Origin: Octopus bimaculoides
Taxonomy: Eukaryota
Length of the DNA stretch: 64,000 nt
NCBI RefSeq assembly: GCF_001194135.2
Contig: NC_069004.1
Coordinates: forward strand, 12,501,586-12,565,585
Direction: 5' to 3'
Below the pieces are notes generated by a model that was not told the origin of the DNA, made no database searches, and saw nothing but the letters and a program-made list of their open reading frames with translations. Both the position numbers and the translations under genes were made by a program. How positions within the stretch are numbered: the first letter of the stretch is position 1; each line of letters starts with the position of its first letter. This document shows positions 62,018-64,000 of this stretch, piece by piece.

Positions 62018-63885
62018 TATATTCCTTTGTCAGTCCCCTCTGTGTTTAGCCCCTTGTGGGCAATAAAGAAATAAGAAACGTTAGTACACCAGGCAAAATG
62101 CTTAGTGGAATTTCATCTGTCTTTATGTTGAGTTCAAATGCTTTTCGTCCTCTGAAGGTTGATAAAATAAGTACCAGTTGAATACTGGAGTCGATGTAAT
62201 CGACTTATTCCCGCCCCTGAACTTGCTGGCCTTGTGCCAAAATTTGAAACCAATATTAAATAAAATGGACATACACATTGAAACTGATAATATTTTATAA
62301 AAGTCACTGAATGTAACAAATATAAAAATACTTATCCTGTCTAGCTAAAGGGGAAAATAGTTTTAAAAATCTTTAAACATGCAGCCATTCATGTGTGGCT
62401 GTGTGGTAAGAAGCTTACATCTCGACCACATGGTTCCAAGTTCAGTCCCACTATGTTGCATCTTGGGCAAGTGTCTTCTACTATAACCTTGGGTCAACCA
62501 AAGCCTTGTGAGTGGGTTTGGTAGACGGAAACTGAAAGAAGCCTGTCGTGTGTGTGTGTGTATGTATGTATACATATATATATGTATCTATTTATGTGTG
62601 TGTATGTCTGTGTTTTCCCCCTTGCCTTCACTTGACAACCAATGCTGGTGTGTTTATGTCCCCATAACTTAGTACTTATTGTATCAGTATCTTTTGCCAA
62701 ACCACTAAGCTTACAAAGAATAAGTCCTTTGGTCAATTTCTTCAACTGAAACCAGTAAAAGAATACTCCTGTGCTGTTTCTATTTTTAATTTTTACCTAT
62801 ATGTGTACATGCACACACACATATAGTTAATATATGTATGTATTGTAGTAAATATATGTGCATATAGGCTATTTGTGTGTGTGTGTGTGTGTATGTAGTA
62901 ATAATGAAGTCAAACCAAATAGTGATATTTTGAAATCATTTAGTACAGGGGTTTTCAAACTTTTTGACTTGCGGACCCCTTTATATTTCAGGCTTTACCT
63001 TAGGGACCCCCTTATAAACGCTTATGAAATTTATACATAAATATTTGCTTAAAATAACATATATTTTTACACTTATTTATTTAACAGTATTTAACAAAAT
63101 AGGTTTATTGTCAATTAAAAGATTTCGATTAAAAAACATATATGAAATCAAATTGCCCATAAAATGTATTTGCTGTCCACGACCCCCTGTCTTGTCCTTG
63201 TGGTCCCCCTGTGGTCTGCGGACCACAGTTTGAAAACCCCTGATTTAGTATGTATGTTTCAAGTTTGTGTAATATATAATAGGAAATTCATCAAGTGCAT
63301 AAACTTGCCGCATTATTATTACTATTATTATGGCCGGGTTCCAACCTGGGCCACAGCAACAAATTCCACCTCCCACACCTCTCAGTCCAACATCACTGCC
63401 TCAAGGCCCCGGGTACATTTCAGTTGTCAATGTAAGTGTGATGATGTTTTCCCCTTCTTACATCACCATGAGGTGGGTTCCGCAAGACTAATTTGGATGC
63501 CTCCATCTCAGGGTGGTGCATGCAATGACCAGATAGTCGCAACCATCTTTGCCTGATCTTCTCTGTACCTTTCAGCAGGTCTCCACATGTTATATGTTGC
63601 TGCCATTTCATATTTAGACCTATTCATAGCATCCATTTAGCCCGTTTGATAATTTCTTTGTCAGTGTACATGTTTCACTAACATATGATAGCACTGATTT
63701 GACAGTTGCAATGAACCCTCCTCGTGTTTAGTATTTGTCTGTATTATAGTTAACAGCATGTATAATTAAGACATTTTCCCCCTGGTACAGTCATTTATTC
63801 CATGTCTTTATTGCAAATTTCATTTTAGATCACTGACGCTGGGATTGCTTCTCTGGTTGAAGGTTGTTGTCATAACACACTTGAG
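54360..63885 (+). CDS. AMN1: AMN1-like leucine-rich repeat protein, partial (continues beyond window)
   Basis: Exons 54360-54418, 58984-59116, 60512-60653 and 63829-63885. Peptides LPVDLREKCLNYMSLRGLLSDQNL, IHNNLKKLDLSTSSVTEAGLVNLDHCSKLLNLNLN and ITDAGIASLVEGCCHNTLE parallel recalled AMN1 segments. One internal phase 1-0 exon is missing and is probably in gap 60703-61034. Confidence 0.78.
55211..55261. promoter_or_regulatory. Promoter-like motif cluster in AMN1 intron 1
   Basis: YY1-like gacaccatcttt (55211-55222), tandem ACTTCCG/TTCCGG ETS-like sites (55248-55261). Confidence 0.35.
56090..56310 (+). mobile_element. Possible decayed gypsy integrase 3' fragment
   Basis: CpG-rich; GPSRFVLNDKLVIVRTRRPHTSV loosely resembles the GPY/F-R-V..DK region after the gypsy integrase core; weak. 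Confidence 0.3.
57416..58004. mobile_element. GG-terminated TIR element with 8-bp TSD and internal (CCCTAA)n
   Basis: TIR ggatctattttaaaacgggggcgccagt / actggcgcccccgttttaaaatagatcc; TSD tggttatc (57408-57415, 58005-58012); inner IR aatcactgacgtctattcag / ctgaatagacgtcagtgatt; ccctaa repeats 57653-57695. Confidence 0.8.
58236..58897 (+). mobile_element. Mariner 3' half (same family as 9161-10055)
   Basis: NEPLLDRIVTSDEKWV...HKMMLSVWWDMKGLVHFELLNPNQTIT...FFHQDN...; right TIR ggatgacccaa|ta. Confidence 0.88.
58984..59116 (+). CDS. AMN1: AMN1-like exon 2
   Basis: SMQIFLTNLENDGRSLQLLPVDLREKCLNYMSLRGLLSDQNLKN; gtaagt donor. Confidence 0.85.
60512..60653 (+). CDS. AMN1: AMN1-like exon 3 (LRR)
   Basis: VIHNNLKKLDLSTSSVTEAGLVNLDHCSKLLNLNLNSYHQEIRFSSL; phase 0-1. 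Confidence 0.85.
61807..61876 (+). pseudogene. tRNA-like remnant (tRNA pseudogene or SINE head)
   Basis: A box TAGCTTAATGG, B box GGTTCGAGTCC; D and anticodon arms do not pair well. Confidence 0.4.
62946..63242. mobile_element. hAT (Charlie-like) MITE
   Basis: Perfect TIR caggggttttcaaac / gtttgaaaacccctg; 8-bp TSD atttagta both sides. Confidence 0.88.
63340..63615 (-). mobile_element. RTE-type LINE C-terminal fragment
   Basis: KIRQRWLRLSGHCMHHPEMEASKLVLRNPPHGDVRRGKHHHTYID. Confidence 0.75.
63829..63885 (+). CDS. AMN1: AMN1-like downstream exon
   Basis: ITDAGIASLVEGCCHNTLE; ttttag acceptor, gtgagt donor. Confidence 0.8.
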
Positions 63886-64000
63886 GTGAGTTCAAATTTT
63901 TATATCTCAATTCATGTTACTATTTACACAAGTAATCTTTAAATTATTATTTAACAACAGCTTGAAGACTTATCAATGGCTAAGATTTTAACTACTGAAA

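Noticed and set aside
1-64000. CRISPR arrays, rRNA, intact tRNA genes, intact autonomous transposase or RT ORFs
   Set aside because: None seen; tRNA-like motifs are SINE heads and all TE coding regions have stops or frameshifts.

Overview
AT-rich, gap-containing eukaryotic scaffold. The SINE/MITE/microsatellite content is typical of an Octopus (coleoid cephalopod) genome; this species call is an inference. Three plus-strand spliced genes can be built by hand with consistent GT-AG junctions and phases. (1) MTCH2-like mitochondrial carrier homolog: 11 exons, 4507-25169, last exon not found. (2) A 718-aa protein with an unusual THAP + 3xC2H2 + internal BTB architecture: 7 exons, 35652-48462. (3) AMN1-like LRR protein: 4 exons found, 54360-63885, running off the window. 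The rest is decayed Helitron, Tc1, mariner, RTE-LINE and gypsy-like fragments, MITEs with TSDs, tRNA-derived SINEs and microsatellites. The most notable signal is a set of minimal type-I hammerhead ribozyme (HHR) motifs. Two related ~330-350 bp tandem-repeat units lie antisense in MTCH2 intron 1 (8349-8855 and 11533-12213; Penelope pLTR / non-LTR retrozyme-like). One of these insertions ends almost exactly at the predicted cleavage site. An unrelated HHR lies at 53622-53691. N gaps: 2741-3290, 3724-3732, 7836-8194, 10749-11344, 16266-16362, 27410-27913, 48954-49290, 53235-53364, 57704-57712, 60703-61034. All calls are by eye; no database searches were run.
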